Shown: positions 48,941 through 61,050, counted from the first letter of the stretch. The stretch: 64,000 bases of DNA from Candidatus Omnitrophota bacterium (GCA_018825985.1 JAHKAP010000018.1:4134-68133); one strand, 5' to 3'. Notes: generated by a model not told the origin, from the sequence alone. Program-made: numbers and translations.

Positions 48941-49504
48941 TTACGCCCTTAAAAAGTTAGCCAAAATATCTTTTCCATCCCTGGTCATAATTGACTCCGG
49001 ATGAAATTGCAATCCCCATAACGGATATTTCTTATGTTTTAAACCCATGACCTCTTTGTCTTTGGTCCAAGCAGTTATCTCTAAGGCCGCCGGAAAACTT
49101 ATGCGTTCTATTATTAAAGAATGGTAACGGGTAGCTTCAAAAGGATTAGGTATACCTTTAAAGATGCCTTTCTTTTTATGATATATCAAAGAAGTCTTCC
49201 CGTGCATGATCTTATCCGCTACTTTAATCTTTCCGCCGCAAACATAACCTATTGCTTGATGCCCCAGGCACACCCCCAGGATCGGGATCTTAGGGCTAAA
49301 TTCCCGGATGACCTCGCAGGAGATCCCGGCATCTTCAGGTCTTCCCGGGCCCGGAGAAATCACGATTCTTTGAGGACTAAGCCTTTCAATCTCACCCAAA
49401 CTTATCTTATCATTCCGAAAAACCCGAACCTTAGCCCCCAATTCCTCCAGGTATTGAACCAGGTTGTAGGTAAAAGAATCGTAATTATCAATCATCAATA
49501 TCAT
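48941..49504 (-). CDS. trpG: Anthranilate/aminodeoxychorismate synthase glutamine amidotransferase component
   Basis: [28 protein letters not shown]. Confidence 0.9.
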   Translation of the reverse strand: MILMIDNYDSFTYNLVQYLEELGAKVRVFRNDKISLGEIERLSPQRIVISPGPGRPEDAGISCEVIREFSPKIPILGVCLGHQAIGYVCGGKIKVADKIMHGKTSLIYHKKKGIFKGIPNPFEATRYHSLIIERISFPAALEITAWTKDKEVMGLKHKKYPLWGLQFHPESIMTRDGKDILANFLRA

Positions 49505-49505
49505 T

Positions 49506-50768
49506 TTATTCTTTTTCTCTCCAGATCCTTGCTCCTGCGCCCCTTAATTTATCCTCCAGGTTTTCATATCCGCGCTCCAAATGATAGATTCTAGATATCG
49601 AAGTAATCCCTTTAGCGGCTAAACCAGCCAGGACCAAACAGGCTGAAGCCCTCAGATCCGAGGCCATAACCTGAGCTCCGGATAAACCTTTTACACCTTC
49701 AACAATAGCATGCGGCCCTTCTCTTTGAATAAGCGCGCCCATACGGTTAAGTTCTGCGACATGCATAAACCTATCCGGATATATCTTTTCAGTGATTACA
49801 CTTATACCGGAAGTTATAGTCATCAAGCTCATAACCTGGGCCTGCATATCCGTGGGGAATCCCGGATACGGAAGCGTGGTAACATTGATCGGTTTTAGTT
49901 TATTTCTCAATCTCACCCTGATTGAATCGCTGGATTTAATTATCGAAGCGCCGGATTCTTCCAGTTTATCAATAACCGCGCCCAGATGAGGATAAAGGGC
50001 GTTTTTTATGTTCAAATCTCCTTTAGTGATCAAAGCGGCAGCCATAAGAGTGCCGGCTTCGATCCGGTCCGGGATTATCTTATGTTCACAGCCATGAAGT
50101 TTTTTCACCCCTTCAATTTCAATTATCGGAGTGCCATGCCCTTTGATCTTGGCCCCCATTTTAATCAAGAATTCAGCCAGGTCTGCTATTTCAGGCTCAC
50201 AAGCAGCTGATTCAATAACGGTTTTTCCTTTAGCAAACACAGCTGCCATCATCACATTATCCGTAGCTAATACCGAAGAGCCGTAAACCCCGCCCAGATA
50301 CATATACGATCCCTTAAGCCGGGAGGCTTTAGCCACTACATAACCGGATTCGATATCGATATGAGCCCCTAAAGCCCGAAGCCCTTTAAGATGTAAATCT
50401 ACCGGCCTCACCCCAATGATACAACCTCCGGGCAAAGAAACCCTGGCTTTTTTAAACCTGCCTAAAAGCGGGCCCAGGACGCAAAAAGATGCCCGCATGG
50501 TCGAGACCAATTTATAATCAGCGGTCAGGACCGGATCTCCTGCCTGGGTAACCTTAACAACTCCCTTAACATAATCGGCCATTTTACCTAAAGAACGCAA
50601 GATCTTCAACATTGTGATCACATCGCGTAAATTAGGCACGCCCCTTATAACACAAGGCTCATCAGTCATCAGAGTCGCCGCCAAAATAGGAAGCACTGAG
50701 TTCTTTGAGCCCGAAACCAGGACTTCACCTTTAAGCCTTACTCCACCTTCAATAACTAATCTATCCAT
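49506..50768 (-). CDS. murA: UDP-N-acetylglucosamine 1-carboxyvinyltransferase
   Basis: [30 protein letters not shown] (active Cys). Confidence 0.95.
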   Translation of the reverse strand: MDRLVIEGGVRLKGEVLVSGSKNSVLPILAATLMTDEPCVIRGVPNLRDVITMLKILRSLGKMADYVKGVVKVTQAGDPVLTADYKLVSTMRASFCVLGPLLGRFKKARVSLPGGCIIGVRPVDLHLKGLRALGAHIDIESGYVVAKASRLKGSYMYLGGVYGSSVLATDNVMMAAVFAKGKTVIESAACEPEIADLAEFLIKMGAKIKGHGTPIIEIEGVKKLHGCEHKIIPDRIEAGTLMAAALITKGDLNIKNALYPHLGAVIDKLEESGASIIKSSDSIRVRLRNKLKPINVTTLPYPGFPTDMQAQVMSLMTITSGISVITEKIYPDRFMHVAELNRMGALIQREGPHAIVEGVKGLSGAQVMASDLRASACLVLAGLAAKGITSISRIYHLERGYENLEDKLRGAGARIWREKE

Positions 50769-50785
50769 CTTAAAAAAACTCCTGT

Positions 50786-52057
50786 TTATTTTTTTAAAAA
50801 CACTGACTGTTTTATTTTATCATAAATACTATCCACAACAAAACTATTACCTTGAGCAGTATAGTGTCCGTCTAAAGGATAAAAAAATCCTTCATTTGCG
50901 GTTGTCAACATTAAAGGAAGAATATCCAGGCATTCTATGCTATTTTCTTTAGCCCACGATATAATAGCATCCTGGATCTTTCTATCTACCGGTTTATCAC
51001 CATTAAAAACAAAACCGATTTTTTTAAGCACCTCAAGATACCGGGTATTAACCTGGATCCGGTCGGGGTTTATAAGAAGCAGGAAAGGGACATCTTTATA
51101 CAGATGCTTTATCAACAATATATGCTCCCTGAAAGCACCATCATTATAGAAACACTTCACGATTTGATCATAATACAGTTGATTATCACCGAAATTGGCT
51201 CTTTTAAATGTAAAAGGGCTAATTTTATTATCAAAAAGAAGTTTTGCGTAGGACTTATCGATTCCGGAATCAGACATGACTATGCCCACCTTTGTATCCA
51301 ATGACCGGAAAAAATCTTTGATTGTCTTCGCCAATAGAGAATTTCCCTGCAGGCGATACAAAAATCCTTCCAAGCGATTTAATATCTCCGGGGAAGACCT
51401 GCTTCCCGGCTCACGGGTACGCTCGATATCGTTATCCACTACTATAGAAACTATTATCAGGTCCGGCTGGTAATTGCGAAACTCCTGAGCTACCAAAAAA
51501 TAGCCCGAGGGCCCGCTACCGCTTATTCCAAGATTATAAACCTCCCAATTTAAGCCATCCTGGCCGAATTTTTTCTCCAACATCCTGTCTAAGGTATCTT
51601 CTGCGGAAACTACACCCTCAACAAAAGAATCGCCGATCAAAAAAACCCTATAAACTCCTTTAGGCTTAATCTTAGTGAACTCTTCATCCCGGAAACCCAA
51701 AGAATTCTTGGTGGAAGTAAACTTAAACTCATGCCCTACGACGTAACTTGGTTTTGTCCTGGATAAAATATTCCTGACACGTAAAATAGCTTCGGCCGCG
51801 GATATAGATAAAATAACAGCAGCCAATAATAATAAATAATTCCTGTAATTAGCTTTAAAATACCTTACTATCTCCCGGTAATTCTTTACCAAAGATAAAA
51901 TAACATAAAACATTAAGCCATAATACAAAAATAGCAAAAAAACGTAATAAGCGAAATAAGAAAGATGGCTATAAATTGCGACCTTATCAATAACAAATTT
52001 AAAAATAAATGCCGGATTTAATAAGATTAAAAAAATGATAAAAAAAAGTGTCTTCAA
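50786..52057 (-). CDS. Membrane-anchored SGNH/GDSL-family hydrolase
   Basis: N-terminal TM spans. Block I is FLIGDSFVEG, block II GISGSGP and block V LDGHYTAQGN. Confidence 0.7.
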   Translation of the reverse strand: MKTLFFIIFLILLNPAFIFKFVIDKVAIYSHLSYFAYYVFLLFLYYGLMFYVILSLVKNYREIVRYFKANYRNYLLLLAAVILSISAAEAILRVRNILSRTKPSYVVGHEFKFTSTKNSLGFRDEEFTKIKPKGVYRVFLIGDSFVEGVVSAEDTLDRMLEKKFGQDGLNWEVYNLGISGSGPSGYFLVAQEFRNYQPDLIIVSIVVDNDIERTREPGSRSSPEILNRLEGFLYRLQGNSLLAKTIKDFFRSLDTKVGIVMSDSGIDKSYAKLLFDNKISPFTFKRANFGDNQLYYDQIVKCFYNDGAFREHILLIKHLYKDVPFLLLINPDRIQVNTRYLEVLKKIGFVFNGDKPVDRKIQDAIISWAKENSIECLDILPLMLTTANEGFFYPLDGHYTAQGNSFVVDSIYDKIKQSVFLKK

Positions 52058-52073
52058 TACTTTTCCTGGTATA

Positions 52074-52889
52074 TTAAACTAACTGAGCGATAATCACCCT
52101 ATCTATGTTGCTATAATCTTTATAAGTTTTAATCACATTAAAGATCCCGGATTCGCGGAAAATATTTTCTATTTTATCTTTCTGGCCGAAACCCATCTCC
52201 ATCGCCAATAATCCCCCGGGTTTTAAGAACTCCGGGGCCTGCGCTATTATACTGCGGTAATAATCCAGGCCGTCTACTCCTGCCTCGAGCGCGATCCTCG
52301 GCTGACATTTAACCTCCGGCTGTAAATTATCGATCTCCCCCGCAGCTATATAAGGAGGGTTGGTTATGATTAAATCAAAAGTATTGGATTCCGCTCGCGC
52401 GGCGCGCGTTTCCAGGCGCAAAGCATCAAAAAGATCGCTGCGCATGAATTCTATTCTATCATCAACTTTATTTAATACCGCATTACCTCGCGCTACTTCC
52501 AACGCCTTGAGAGAAATATCCGATGCGGTTATTCTAATCTTAGGTAAAAAATTAGCTAAAGATACGGCGATGCATCCCGACCCAGTGCCCAAGTCTAGGA
52601 TACGTTTGTCTTTGTGTCCTGGTGTCCTGGTAACCATTTCCAACACAGTCTCAACCAGGATCTCGGTTTCCGGCCTGGGTATTAAAACATTTTTATCAAC
52701 CTTAAACTCAAGCCCTAAGAATTCGGTTTTGCCTAATATATATTCTAATGGCTCTCCGCTGATCCTTCTCTTCAAGGCTCTAGCGACAAAAAAACCGGCA
52801 TCCCTGCCGATAACGACATCTTTATTAAAATACAGGGATAGCCTTTCGCAATTTAAGATTTCACTGAACAATGTTTCGGTCTCGGTCAT
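52074..52889 (-). CDS. prmC: Release-factor glutamine methyltransferase
   Basis: LDLGTGSGCIA and ITNPPYI motifs. Confidence 0.9.
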   Translation of the reverse strand: MTETETLFSEILNCERLSLYFNKDVVIGRDAGFFVARALKRRISGEPLEYILGKTEFLGLEFKVDKNVLIPRPETEILVETVLEMVTRTPGHKDKRILDLGTGSGCIAVSLANFLPKIRITASDISLKALEVARGNAVLNKVDDRIEFMRSDLFDALRLETRAARAESNTFDLIITNPPYIAAGEIDNLQPEVKCQPRIALEAGVDGLDYYRSIIAQAPEFLKPGGLLAMEMGFGQKDKIENIFRESGIFNVIKTYKDYSNIDRVIIAQLV

Positions 52890-52894
52890 TTCTC

Positions 52895-53956
52895 TTAAAC
52901 CTGACTTGTCTTTTCTTCAGCTGCCTTTAAAAGGGCTTCAAAAAATTCTTCCAGATCACCTTCTAATATCGCTTCCAACTGGTAAGAAGTTAAATTAACC
53001 CTATGATCAGTTACCCGCCTATCGGGATAATTATAAGTCCGGATCTTCTCGCTCCTGTCGCCTGTTCCGATCTGGGATTTACGGGCCTCGGACATTTTCT
53101 TTACCTCTTCTTGTTGTTTCATATCCAATAGCTTGGCGCTTAATATCCTCATCGCTTTGTTTTTATTTTTAAGTTGAGATCGCTCATCCTGGCAGGCAAC
53201 TACGGTATTTGTGGGCAAATGAGTGATCCTGACTGCAGAATCGCTTTTTTGCATATGCTGCCCGCCTGGGCCGGAGGAACGATAAGTATCGATCCTTAGG
53301 TCGTTCGGATTAATAACCAATTCTACTTCTTTAGGCTCAGATAAGACTACCACGGTAGCTGTTGAAGTATGAATTCTCCCCTGGGCCTCGGTATTAGGAA
53401 CTCTTTGCACCCGGTGCACTCCGCTTTCAAATTTTAAGCGGCGGAAGGCATCCCTGCCTTTAACGCTGAAGACTACTTCTTTAAAACCACCCAATTCAGT
53501 GGGGTGCCCTGACATCGACTCAACTGTCCAACCCTTGATCCCGGCGTATTTGGTATACATCCGGTAAAGATCAGCCGCAAATAAAGCAGCTTCTAAACCT
53601 CCGGTGCCCTGGCGGATCTCAACGATAACATCCCTTCCGGAATCTTTATCCTCTGTCTTTAAAACTTCTTTGATCTTATCTTCCAGGACCTGTTTATTGC
53701 TTTTTAAATCCGCCAGTTCTTTTTTAGCCAAATCCACAAATTCGTTATCGTGCTTTTCCTTCAGCATACCTTCTAAGTCAACTGTATCCCGGATCAACTT
53801 TTTATAATCCCTATACAGATAGACCGGCTCTTTAAGATCCGACAACTCTTTCGCCAACTTATTCAACTGCTCGCTATCCGCAAGCACTTCCGATGTTGCC
53901 AAAAGACGCTCGACCTCCTGATAACGGGCCTCTATTTTTTCAAGCTTATCTATCAT
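52895..53956 (-). CDS. prfA: Peptide chain release factor 1
   Basis: SGPGGQHMQ (GGQ) and [17 protein letters not shown] (PxT-type tripeptide context). Confidence 0.95.
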   Translation of the reverse strand: MIDKLEKIEARYQEVERLLATSEVLADSEQLNKLAKELSDLKEPVYLYRDYKKLIRDTVDLEGMLKEKHDNEFVDLAKKELADLKSNKQVLEDKIKEVLKTEDKDSGRDVIVEIRQGTGGLEAALFAADLYRMYTKYAGIKGWTVESMSGHPTELGGFKEVVFSVKGRDAFRRLKFESGVHRVQRVPNTEAQGRIHTSTATVVVLSEPKEVELVINPNDLRIDTYRSSGPGGQHMQKSDSAVRITHLPTNTVVACQDERSQLKNKNKAMRILSAKLLDMKQQEEVKKMSEARKSQIGTGDRSEKIRTYNYPDRRVTDHRVNLTSYQLEAILEGDLEEFFEALLKAAEEKTSQV

Positions 53957-53976
53957 AGCTTATTCCTGCGCTGATA

Positions 53977-54183
53977 TTAAGCCGATTTCTTCCCATATTT
54001 CTTCATAAACTTATCCACCCTTCCGGCAGAATCTACGAATTTCTGTTTACCGGTAAAAAACGGATGGCATTTTGAACAAATCTCAACCCTGATATTCTGG
54101 CGGGTTGAGCGGGTATGGATCGTCTCTCCGCAGGCGCAGACTATAGTGCTGTCTTTATAGTTAGGATGAATTTTGTCTTTCAT
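53977..54183 (-). CDS. rpmE: 50S ribosomal protein L31 (Zn-binding type)
   Basis: MKDKIHPNY...CACGE...[10 protein letters not shown]. Confidence 0.95.
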   Translation of the reverse strand: MKDKIHPNYKDSTIVCACGETIHTRSTRQNIRVEICSKCHPFFTGKQKFVDSAGRVDKFMKKYGKKSA

Positions 54184-54253
54184 TTTTTCTCCTTTTTTTG
54201 TCTTAGTTTCCAGTTTTACTCTTTTCTATTTGATCTTCAATCTTTTATCTGTA

Positions 54254-55510
54254 CTATTGGTTCATGCTGTTTAAAAACTCTTCATTGGTTTTAGTTTTGG
54301 ACAGCTTCTCGATCAAAAGCTCCATCGCTTCTACGTTATTTAACTCATTAAGGACTTTTCTTAATATCCAAACCCTTTGCAGCTCGTCCGGCTTTAAAAG
54401 CAGCTCTTCATGACGGGTATTGGAACGCTTGATCTCGATAGCCGGGTAGATCCTGCGCTGGAAGAGATTGCGGTCAAGCTGAAGTTCCATATTGCCGGTA
54501 CCTTTAAACTCTTCGAAGATGACTTCATCCATCCTGCTTCCGGTATCAACCAGAGCGGTAGCGATTATAGTCAAGCTTCCACCTTCTTCTATGGCCCTGG
54601 CCGCGCCAAAAAACCTCTTCGGCTTCTGAAGGGCGTTAGAATCAATACCGCCGGATAAAACTTTGCCGCTGTGGGGCATTACCGAGTTATAAGCCCTGGC
54701 TAAACGGGTGATACTGTCTAAAAGCACTACCACGTCTTTTTTATGCTCTACCAACCTTTTGGCTTTCTCCATTACTATCTCAGCGACTTGAATATGTCTT
54801 TCCGGAGGTTCGTCAAAAGTAGAAGACACCACCTCTCCTTTAACGTGACGCTGCATATCCGTGACTTCTTCCGGGCGCTCATCGATCAAAAGTACTATCA
54901 GGATAACCTCCGGACTGTTAGTCATTATCGCGTTAGCGATCTTCTGCAATAACACGGTTTTGCCGCTGTACGGCTGGGCCACTATCAAACCGCGCTGGCC
55001 TCTGCCTAAAGGAGTCAATAAACTCATGATCCTCATTGAAACCTCCTCCGGTTTGGTCTCCATGATAAAACGGTCATGAGGATAAATCGGAGTCAAGTTG
55101 TCAAAATTAACTTTTTCCTTGGAATCTTCGGGATTTTCAAAATTAACCGCCTGGACTTTTAAAAGGGCAAAATACTTCTCTCCTTCTTTAGGCGGCCGGA
55201 TCTCTCCGCTTACCGTATCGCCGGTGCGCAGGTCAAACTTGCGTATCTGTGACGGAGAGACATAAATATCATCCGGACAGGGAAGATAATTATAATTAGA
55301 AGACCTTAAAAACCCGAATCCCTCGGGGAGTATCTCCAGCACCCCTTCCCCGAACATCAATCCTTCTTTCTCAGCCTGAGCCTGGAGTATCTTAAATATC
55401 AGGTCCTGCTTTTTAAGCCCGCTGAATCCGTTGACATTCAGGTCCTTGGACAATTTATTCAGCTCGGTTATTTTCATGTCCTTTAATTTACTTATATCTA
55501 ACTTCTCCAC
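54254..55510 (-). CDS. rho: Transcription termination factor Rho
   Basis: Rho N-terminal and CSD-like RNA-binding regions (GFGFLR), then the ATPase core ([28 protein letters not shown]). Confidence 0.95.
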   Translation of the reverse strand: MEKLDISKLKDMKITELNKLSKDLNVNGFSGLKKQDLIFKILQAQAEKEGLMFGEGVLEILPEGFGFLRSSNYNYLPCPDDIYVSPSQIRKFDLRTGDTVSGEIRPPKEGEKYFALLKVQAVNFENPEDSKEKVNFDNLTPIYPHDRFIMETKPEEVSMRIMSLLTPLGRGQRGLIVAQPYSGKTVLLQKIANAIMTNSPEVILIVLLIDERPEEVTDMQRHVKGEVVSSTFDEPPERHIQVAEIVMEKAKRLVEHKKDVVVLLDSITRLARAYNSVMPHSGKVLSGGIDSNALQKPKRFFGAARAIEEGGSLTIIATALVDTGSRMDEVIFEEFKGTGNMELQLDRNLFQRRIYPAIEIKRSNTRHEELLLKPDELQRVWILRKVLNELNNVEAMELLIEKLSKTKTNEEFLNSMNQ

Positions 55511-56106
55511 AACAACCTCCTTATTTGCCCTACTTGTTTTCTGGTTTGGGAAATACTTCCATTATTATCTATTACAAAGTCCGCTAAACGGATCTTATCC
55601 TTAAGAGGCATCTGAGCTCTAATCCTCCTTAAGGCTTGCTTGCCGCTTAAATGTGCTTTAGAGGCTATCCTCTTTAATTGCTCGCCTCTGTTTATCTTTA
55701 CTACGATCATTTTATCTACAAAGCCATTCAACCCTGATTCGATCAATAGCGGGGCATCAAGAATTAAAATCCCGGACCTGGATGAGCTTATTTTATTTTT
55801 TATGATCCGGATTATTTCCGGATGCATGATCCGGTTGAGTTTTGTAAGCTTCTCCTCGTCTTTAAAGACCAGGCTGGACAATTTGGAGCGGCTGATTGAG
55901 CCCTCCGGCATTAATATCTCCCGGCCAAACTCCCTGATAATCTTTTGATAAACGCCGGTCCCAGGCCTTAAAAGCCCATGGCCGATCAGGTCCGCGTCGA
56001 CCACTTCCGCGCCGCGAGCCTTGAACATCTTAGCCACCGTGCTCTTACCGCTGCCAAAACTTCCGGTAATCCCTAATACAATTTTTCTATTTGGCTTTTT
56101 TACCAT
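55498..56106 (-). CDS. coaE: Dephospho-CoA kinase
   Basis: [14 protein letters not shown]-loop. Start taken as the ATG at 56106 (the track start at 56115 is a TTG). Confidence 0.85.
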   Translation of the reverse strand: MVKKPNRKIVLGITGSFGSGKSTVAKMFKARGAEVVDADLIGHGLLRPGTGVYQKIIREFGREILMPEGSISRSKLSSLVFKDEEKLTKLNRIMHPEIIRIIKNKISSSRSGILILDAPLLIESGLNGFVDKMIVVKINRGEQLKRIASKAHLSGKQALRRIRAQMPLKDKIRLADFVIDNNGSISQTRKQVGQIRRLLWRS

Positions 56107-57475
56107 ACAACTCAATATACTTCTTTGCCGATTCTGCCCAGGAGAAATCGCACTTCATCGCCTTAAACCTAAGGTCAGGCCATTTTTTACCGTCTTTATA
56201 AACCTCAATGGACTTTTTGATCGTCTTTAATAGTTCCGCCGGGTCATACTTATCAAAAATGAACCCATTGTCCTTATTCACCGTATCAGCCAGGCCGCCG
56301 GTCTTAAATACCAGGGGAATCGTCCCGTATTTCAAACTGATCAGCTGGCCTAATCCGCAAGGTTCATATTTGGAAGGCATAAGGAATATATCCGTTCCGG
56401 CGTATATCTTATGGGCCAGGCAATCGTCAAATTTTAGGTTCAGTGAGATTACCTTGGGATATTTCTTAACCATACCCTCCAGCAGCTGGTGGTATTTTAA
56501 ATCTCCGGTGCCTAAAATCACCAGCTGGGCTTTTAATTTACAGATCTTATCGATATCGGCGGCTAAAAGGTCAAAACCCTTTTGCTCAGCCAGCCTGGAT
56601 ACGATCCCAAAAAGCGGAATATCTTTTTCCAGGGGCAGTTTACAAGCTTTCTGTAAATCTTCTTTGCATTTGCCTTTATCTGATACAGTCTTTAATGAAT
56701 AATTCTTGGCGATGAACTTATCGGTTGCCGGGTCCCAGACCGAATAATCCAAACCGTTTAATATCCCGGATACGCTCTCCCTGCGTTTAAGCAAAATGCT
56801 CTCCAGGCCAAAACCAAATTCTTTGGTCTGGATCTCCTTGCTGTAAGTAGCGCTTACCGTAGTGATCAAATCGGAAAAAACCAAGCCGCCTTTTAAAATA
56901 TTTATCTTATCGTAGAATTCCAGGGTATCCATAGTGAATAAACTCCAATCCAGCCCCAGTTTGGGAAATTCCTGCCTGGAGAATAAACCCTGGTAACCTA
57001 TATTATGGATAGTAAACATAGTCCGGATATTTTTATAAAATTGGTCCTGGCTATAAGTAGTCTTAAGATATACCGGGATCAATCCGGATTGCCAATCATG
57101 GCAATGAATCATGTCCGGTTTGAAATTTATCTCTTTTAATAAATTTAAGGCTTCTTTGCAATAATAGGAAAACCTCTCCAGATTATCCGGGTGGTCGCCG
57201 TTTTTATCGCCGTAAAGCCCGTCGCGGTTAAAATATTTATCGTTTTCAATAAAATACACTTTTACGTTCTTTCCGATTATCGAATAAGATATTTTATCAT
57301 TAAGCCGGATGGATTTGATATTCTTCACATTCTGGACCGCCTTATAACCGGGCATGACCACGATTACTTCCTGTCCCTGATTTTCTAATGCTATCGGTAA
57401 TGCCCCGGCTACATCGGCCAAGCCCCCGGTTTTAGCGAATGGAACTACTTCTGAAGCGCAAAAAACTATTTTCAT
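56087..57475 (-). CDS. glgA: Glycogen/starch synthase (ADP-glucose type)
   Basis: MKIVFCASEVVPFAKTGGLADV. Start at the ATG at 57475 with AAGGAGG upstream. Confidence 0.9.
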   Translation of the reverse strand: MKIVFCASEVVPFAKTGGLADVAGALPIALENQGQEVIVVMPGYKAVQNVKNIKSIRLNDKISYSIIGKNVKVYFIENDKYFNRDGLYGDKNGDHPDNLERFSYYCKEALNLLKEINFKPDMIHCHDWQSGLIPVYLKTTYSQDQFYKNIRTMFTIHNIGYQGLFSRQEFPKLGLDWSLFTMDTLEFYDKINILKGGLVFSDLITTVSATYSKEIQTKEFGFGLESILLKRRESVSGILNGLDYSVWDPATDKFIAKNYSLKTVSDKGKCKEDLQKACKLPLEKDIPLFGIVSRLAEQKGFDLLAADIDKICKLKAQLVILGTGDLKYHQLLEGMVKKYPKVISLNLKFDDCLAHKIYAGTDIFLMPSKYEPCGLGQLISLKYGTIPLVFKTGGLADTVNKDNGFIFDKYDPAELLKTIKKSIEVYKDGKKWPDLRFKAMKCDFSWAESAKKYIELYGKKAK

Positions 57476-57499
57476 CCTATGCCTCCTTGAGCACAATTT

Positions 57500-57577
57500 T
57501 GCGCCGTAAGGCGCATCTAACGAAATCCCGCCCTTTTAGATATTTACCCATAATAAATCACCCTAAAAGAGCGGGAT
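57500..57577 (-). other. Two stable hairpins between the polA stop and the glgA RBS (no U tract)
   Basis: A 15-position stem pairs 57525..57539 with 57563..57577; its single non-WC pair is G.U on the minus strand and C.A on the plus strand. A second hairpin, UGCGCC-uuac-GGCGCA, lies at 57500..57515. Confidence 0.5.
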
Positions 57578-57579
57578 AA

Positions 57580-60126
57580 CTAATTACTATACTCTTCCAT
57601 CTTTCCCCAATCCCTGCCGATCTTTATATCCACTTTAATGGGGACGCTTAAATTAAAAACATTCTCCATGATATCCCGGGAAAGATCTGCTAATTCCCTG
57701 GTCTCTGCCAAAGGAACGTCAAAAAGCAATTCATCATGGATCTGAAGGATCATTCTGGATTTAAAACCTTTATCTTTTATTTGCTGATACAGCTTAACCA
57801 TGGCTGATTTAATTAAATCGCTGGCTGAGCCTTGAATAGGCGTGTTCACTGACTGCCTCTGGGCCAGCTGACGGATAGCCTGATTCTTATTGTTTATCTC
57901 CGGCAGATACCTACGCCTGCCTAATATCGTAGTTACAAACCCGGTTTTCTCTACCAGCTTTATCTGATCCTGAATATATTCCGCGACTTTAGGATATCTA
58001 GAAAAATAGGAGTCGATAAACTGCTGGGCCTCGGCAGGAGATATCCCGATGTCCCGGCTTAACCCATAAGCGCTTAACCCGTAAATGATCCCAAAATTAA
58101 TCCTTTTGGCTACTTCGCGCATTTCATCCAAAACATCTTTTTCCTCGACATTATAAATCAAAGAAGCGGTGATCCTGTGGATATCCTTGCCCTGCTTAAA
58201 AGCATTGATCAATATCTCATCACCCGACATATGAGCCATAATTCTCAACTCTATCTGGGAGTAATCACAGGATAAAAGCCGGCTCCCTTGAGAAAAAGCA
58301 ACTATCGCCTCCCGGATACTCCGGCCCAAATCGGTCCTGATCGGTATATTCTGCAAATTAGGATTGCTGGAACTTAAACGTCCGGTCTCGGTTCCGGTTT
58401 GATTAAAAGAAGTGTGCACCTTGCGGGTATTTTTGTCGGCCAATTCCGGGAGCGCGTCAATATAAGTATTTTTTAATTTCATTAACTGCCGGTATTCTAA
58501 AAGTATGGCCGGCAGCCTGTGTTTAGAAGCTAATTTATTCAACACCTCTTCGTCAGTAGAGGGCCCGGTCTTGGTCTTTTTTACTACCGGTAGTTTCAAC
58601 TTTTCGAAAAGTATCTGCCTAAGTTGTTTCGGCGAATTAATATTGAATTGGACTTGGCTGATTTCATAGATATCTTCGATCAGCTTAATCAGCCGTTTCT
58701 CTAATTCCGAAGATAATTTTTTTAATTTTGCCAGGTCCAGTTTTATTCCACTCAACTCCATGCAGGCCAAAACATCCGCCAGCGGCATTTCAATATCCTG
58801 AAATAACCCCAGGAGGTTTTTCTCTTTAAGTTCTTTTTCCAGTTTCGGCTTTATCTCTTTTATCAGTCCTATCGATCTTGAAGCATCGGCATCACCAATC
58901 TTTAATGGTTTTTCCAGATAATCCCAACCCAAATCGCTTAAGTTGTATCCCTGACGGGAAGGATTCAATAAATAAGCGGCAATCATAGTATCAAAAAACA
59001 ACCCGCTTAATTCTACGCCCTGTCCGGCAAGATACACCTTAGCCTTTTTAAGATCATGGGAAATCTTTTTTATCTTGGGATCGTTCAGAATCGACCTTAA
59101 AGTTTTGTCCTTAAGGCCAAACCGGATGACCAAATCATCAAGAAGAAGATAAACCCCATCCCCGCCATCGCAGGATAAAATAACTTCTTTTAAAGCCTTA
59201 AGCAACAGGCCATGTTCATCCGGATTATATTCAATAGCCTCAGATGCCTCGGGCAACTCTTCATTTTGAGCCGGAAGATTCTTTAAAAAAACCTTGAATT
59301 CCAGACGCTTGTATATTTTAAATAGCTCCTCATGGTCAGGGTCTTTGGATTTTAGTTCTTCCAAATCAAAATCTATTTTAACTTCTCTATCCAAAACCAC
59401 CAGTTCCCGGTTAAGCTTAACCTTCCCGATATTGTCGATGATAGCAGCCCTTAATTTCGGTTGCCTGATCTTATCCGGATGAGCCAACAGTTTATCCAAA
59501 GACCCGAATTCCCCAATTAGCTCTATCGCGGTCTTCTCGCCTATGCCCGGCACTCCCGGAATATTATCCGCGCTATCTCCCATCAGGCTGATAATATCGG
59601 TTATCCGCTCAGGGGCCACCTTAAAACGCTCCAAAACATGCTTCTCATCCAGGATCACCCCTTCGTCTTTATAAGGATTAAACACCTTTATCTTTTCACC
59701 CACCAACTGCAACATATCTTTATCCGAACTAACCACCACGACATTTAAACCTTTTTTAACGGCTTTGACAGCCAGGGTCGCGATTATATCGTCAGCCTCA
59801 AAGCCTTCTTTTTCAAATATTATTATTCCCATGGCCCGGATTATCTCTTTAATCAACGGGATCTGGCTGGATAGCCCATCCGGCATAGCCGGACGCTGGA
59901 CCTTATATTCAGCGAATTTCTTCTGCCGGAAAGTCTCCCTGGATACATCAAAACAGGCTGCTATATACTCCGGATTTTTATCTTTTAATATCTTGTTAAG
60001 CATATTTACAAATCCGAATACGGCGTTGGTCGGCTGGCCGAAAGAAGTGGTCAACCCCGAAACCGCGTAATATGCCCGGTAACAAAAAGCCATCGCGTCT
60101 ATAAGGAATAACTTAGGATTAGCCAT
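57580..60126 (-). CDS. polA: DNA polymerase I
   Basis: 5'-nuclease N-terminus; polymerase motifs DYSQIELR, AKRINFGIIYG and LQIHDELLF. Confidence 0.95.
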   Translation of the reverse strand: MANPKLFLIDAMAFCYRAYYAVSGLTTSFGQPTNAVFGFVNMLNKILKDKNPEYIAACFDVSRETFRQKKFAEYKVQRPAMPDGLSSQIPLIKEIIRAMGIIIFEKEGFEADDIIATLAVKAVKKGLNVVVVSSDKDMLQLVGEKIKVFNPYKDEGVILDEKHVLERFKVAPERITDIISLMGDSADNIPGVPGIGEKTAIELIGEFGSLDKLLAHPDKIRQPKLRAAIIDNIGKVKLNRELVVLDREVKIDFDLEELKSKDPDHEELFKIYKRLEFKVFLKNLPAQNEELPEASEAIEYNPDEHGLLLKALKEVILSCDGGDGVYLLLDDLVIRFGLKDKTLRSILNDPKIKKISHDLKKAKVYLAGQGVELSGLFFDTMIAAYLLNPSRQGYNLSDLGWDYLEKPLKIGDADASRSIGLIKEIKPKLEKELKEKNLLGLFQDIEMPLADVLACMELSGIKLDLAKLKKLSSELEKRLIKLIEDIYEISQVQFNINSPKQLRQILFEKLKLPVVKKTKTGPSTDEEVLNKLASKHRLPAILLEYRQLMKLKNTYIDALPELADKNTRKVHTSFNQTGTETGRLSSSNPNLQNIPIRTDLGRSIREAIVAFSQGSRLLSCDYSQIELRIMAHMSGDEILINAFKQGKDIHRITASLIYNVEEKDVLDEMREVAKRINFGIIYGLSAYGLSRDIGISPAEAQQFIDSYFSRYPKVAEYIQDQIKLVEKTGFVTTILGRRRYLPEINNKNQAIRQLAQRQSVNTPIQGSASDLIKSAMVKLYQQIKDKGFKSRMILQIHDELLFDVPLAETRELADLSRDIMENVFNLSVPIKVDIKIGRDWGKMEEYSN

Positions 60127-60165
60127 CAGGGAACTAAAAATTATAGATAGGAATTTTTTAACTAA

Positions 60166-61050
60166 TTATCTTTTTTGAGGTGATGTGGCAAGCGCTTTTA
60201 TCTTGTTAAACTCTTCCTGCGCCACTTGAGGATTATCATACTGGTAATATGTGACCCCCTTCTTAAAGTGCTCTTCCATCTCCTTTATCTTGAGGTTCTT
60301 TTCCTTCTCCGCTATTTTCTTAATGATTGACCTTCTAAGCTCAATAACCTCGGCTGAATTACTGATCTCCTGAGCCTTATTTACTTCCTCCAGCGCTTTA
60401 TTATAATCTCCCGACCTATATAAATTGTTCGCCGATTTTAAAAACTTTTGGTAATCAAGCTTTTCTTCTTCTTTCTTGATCTTTAAATACGCGGCTGCAT
60501 CTTTATTTAGCCTCAAAGTTTCTTCATCAATATACGCTTGTTTAATGGCCGGAGCGACCAGCATCAGGTCAAAAAATCTGGATTTTGCCTTGTTAGTCCA
60601 GGGATCGGATTCCAAACCTAACTCCCATCTCTTTTTCCAGTAAAAGCCCGCCCGGGGAAGATCGCGCTTTTCTTCGTAAATAAGAGCCAGGTTAGAATAA
60701 GGACTTAAGTATTTGGGGTCGAGTTTAAGGGCCATTAAATAAAACTGTTCTGCCCGGTCTATGAACCCTTCTGCCTCAGACATAACCCCCAAATCATTAT
60801 AAACAGCGGCATACCCAGGGTCCAGTTCAACTGCTTTTTGATAAAACATATTTGCCCCGCTATAATCGTCTCTCTTCTGGAGCTCCATGCCCTGCTGGCG
60901 GTAAATCCGGGATTGTTCTTTAAGCCGGTCCCTTATTCCTGATTCCTCAGCAAATAAATACGCCGGCACCAAAAAAAGCAAGGATAGTATTATGGATAAT
61001 TTTCTCAAGGTATTTACTCTTGAATTAAAGGCAGGTGTCTTTATTATCAT
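60166..61050 (-). CDS. Secreted/periplasmic TPR-repeat protein
   Basis: N-terminal hydrophobic signal-like segment, then repeated TPR-like A..Y..Al.ldP units. Confidence 0.6.
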   Translation of the reverse strand: MIIKTPAFNSRVNTLRKLSIILSLLFLVPAYLFAEESGIRDRLKEQSRIYRQQGMELQKRDDYSGANMFYQKAVELDPGYAAVYNDLGVMSEAEGFIDRAEQFYLMALKLDPKYLSPYSNLALIYEEKRDLPRAGFYWKKRWELGLESDPWTNKAKSRFFDLMLVAPAIKQAYIDEETLRLNKDAAAYLKIKKEEEKLDYQKFLKSANNLYRSGDYNKALEEVNKAQEISNSAEVIELRRSIIKKIAEKEKNLKIKEMEEHFKKGVTYYQYDNPQVAQEEFNKIKALATSPQKR

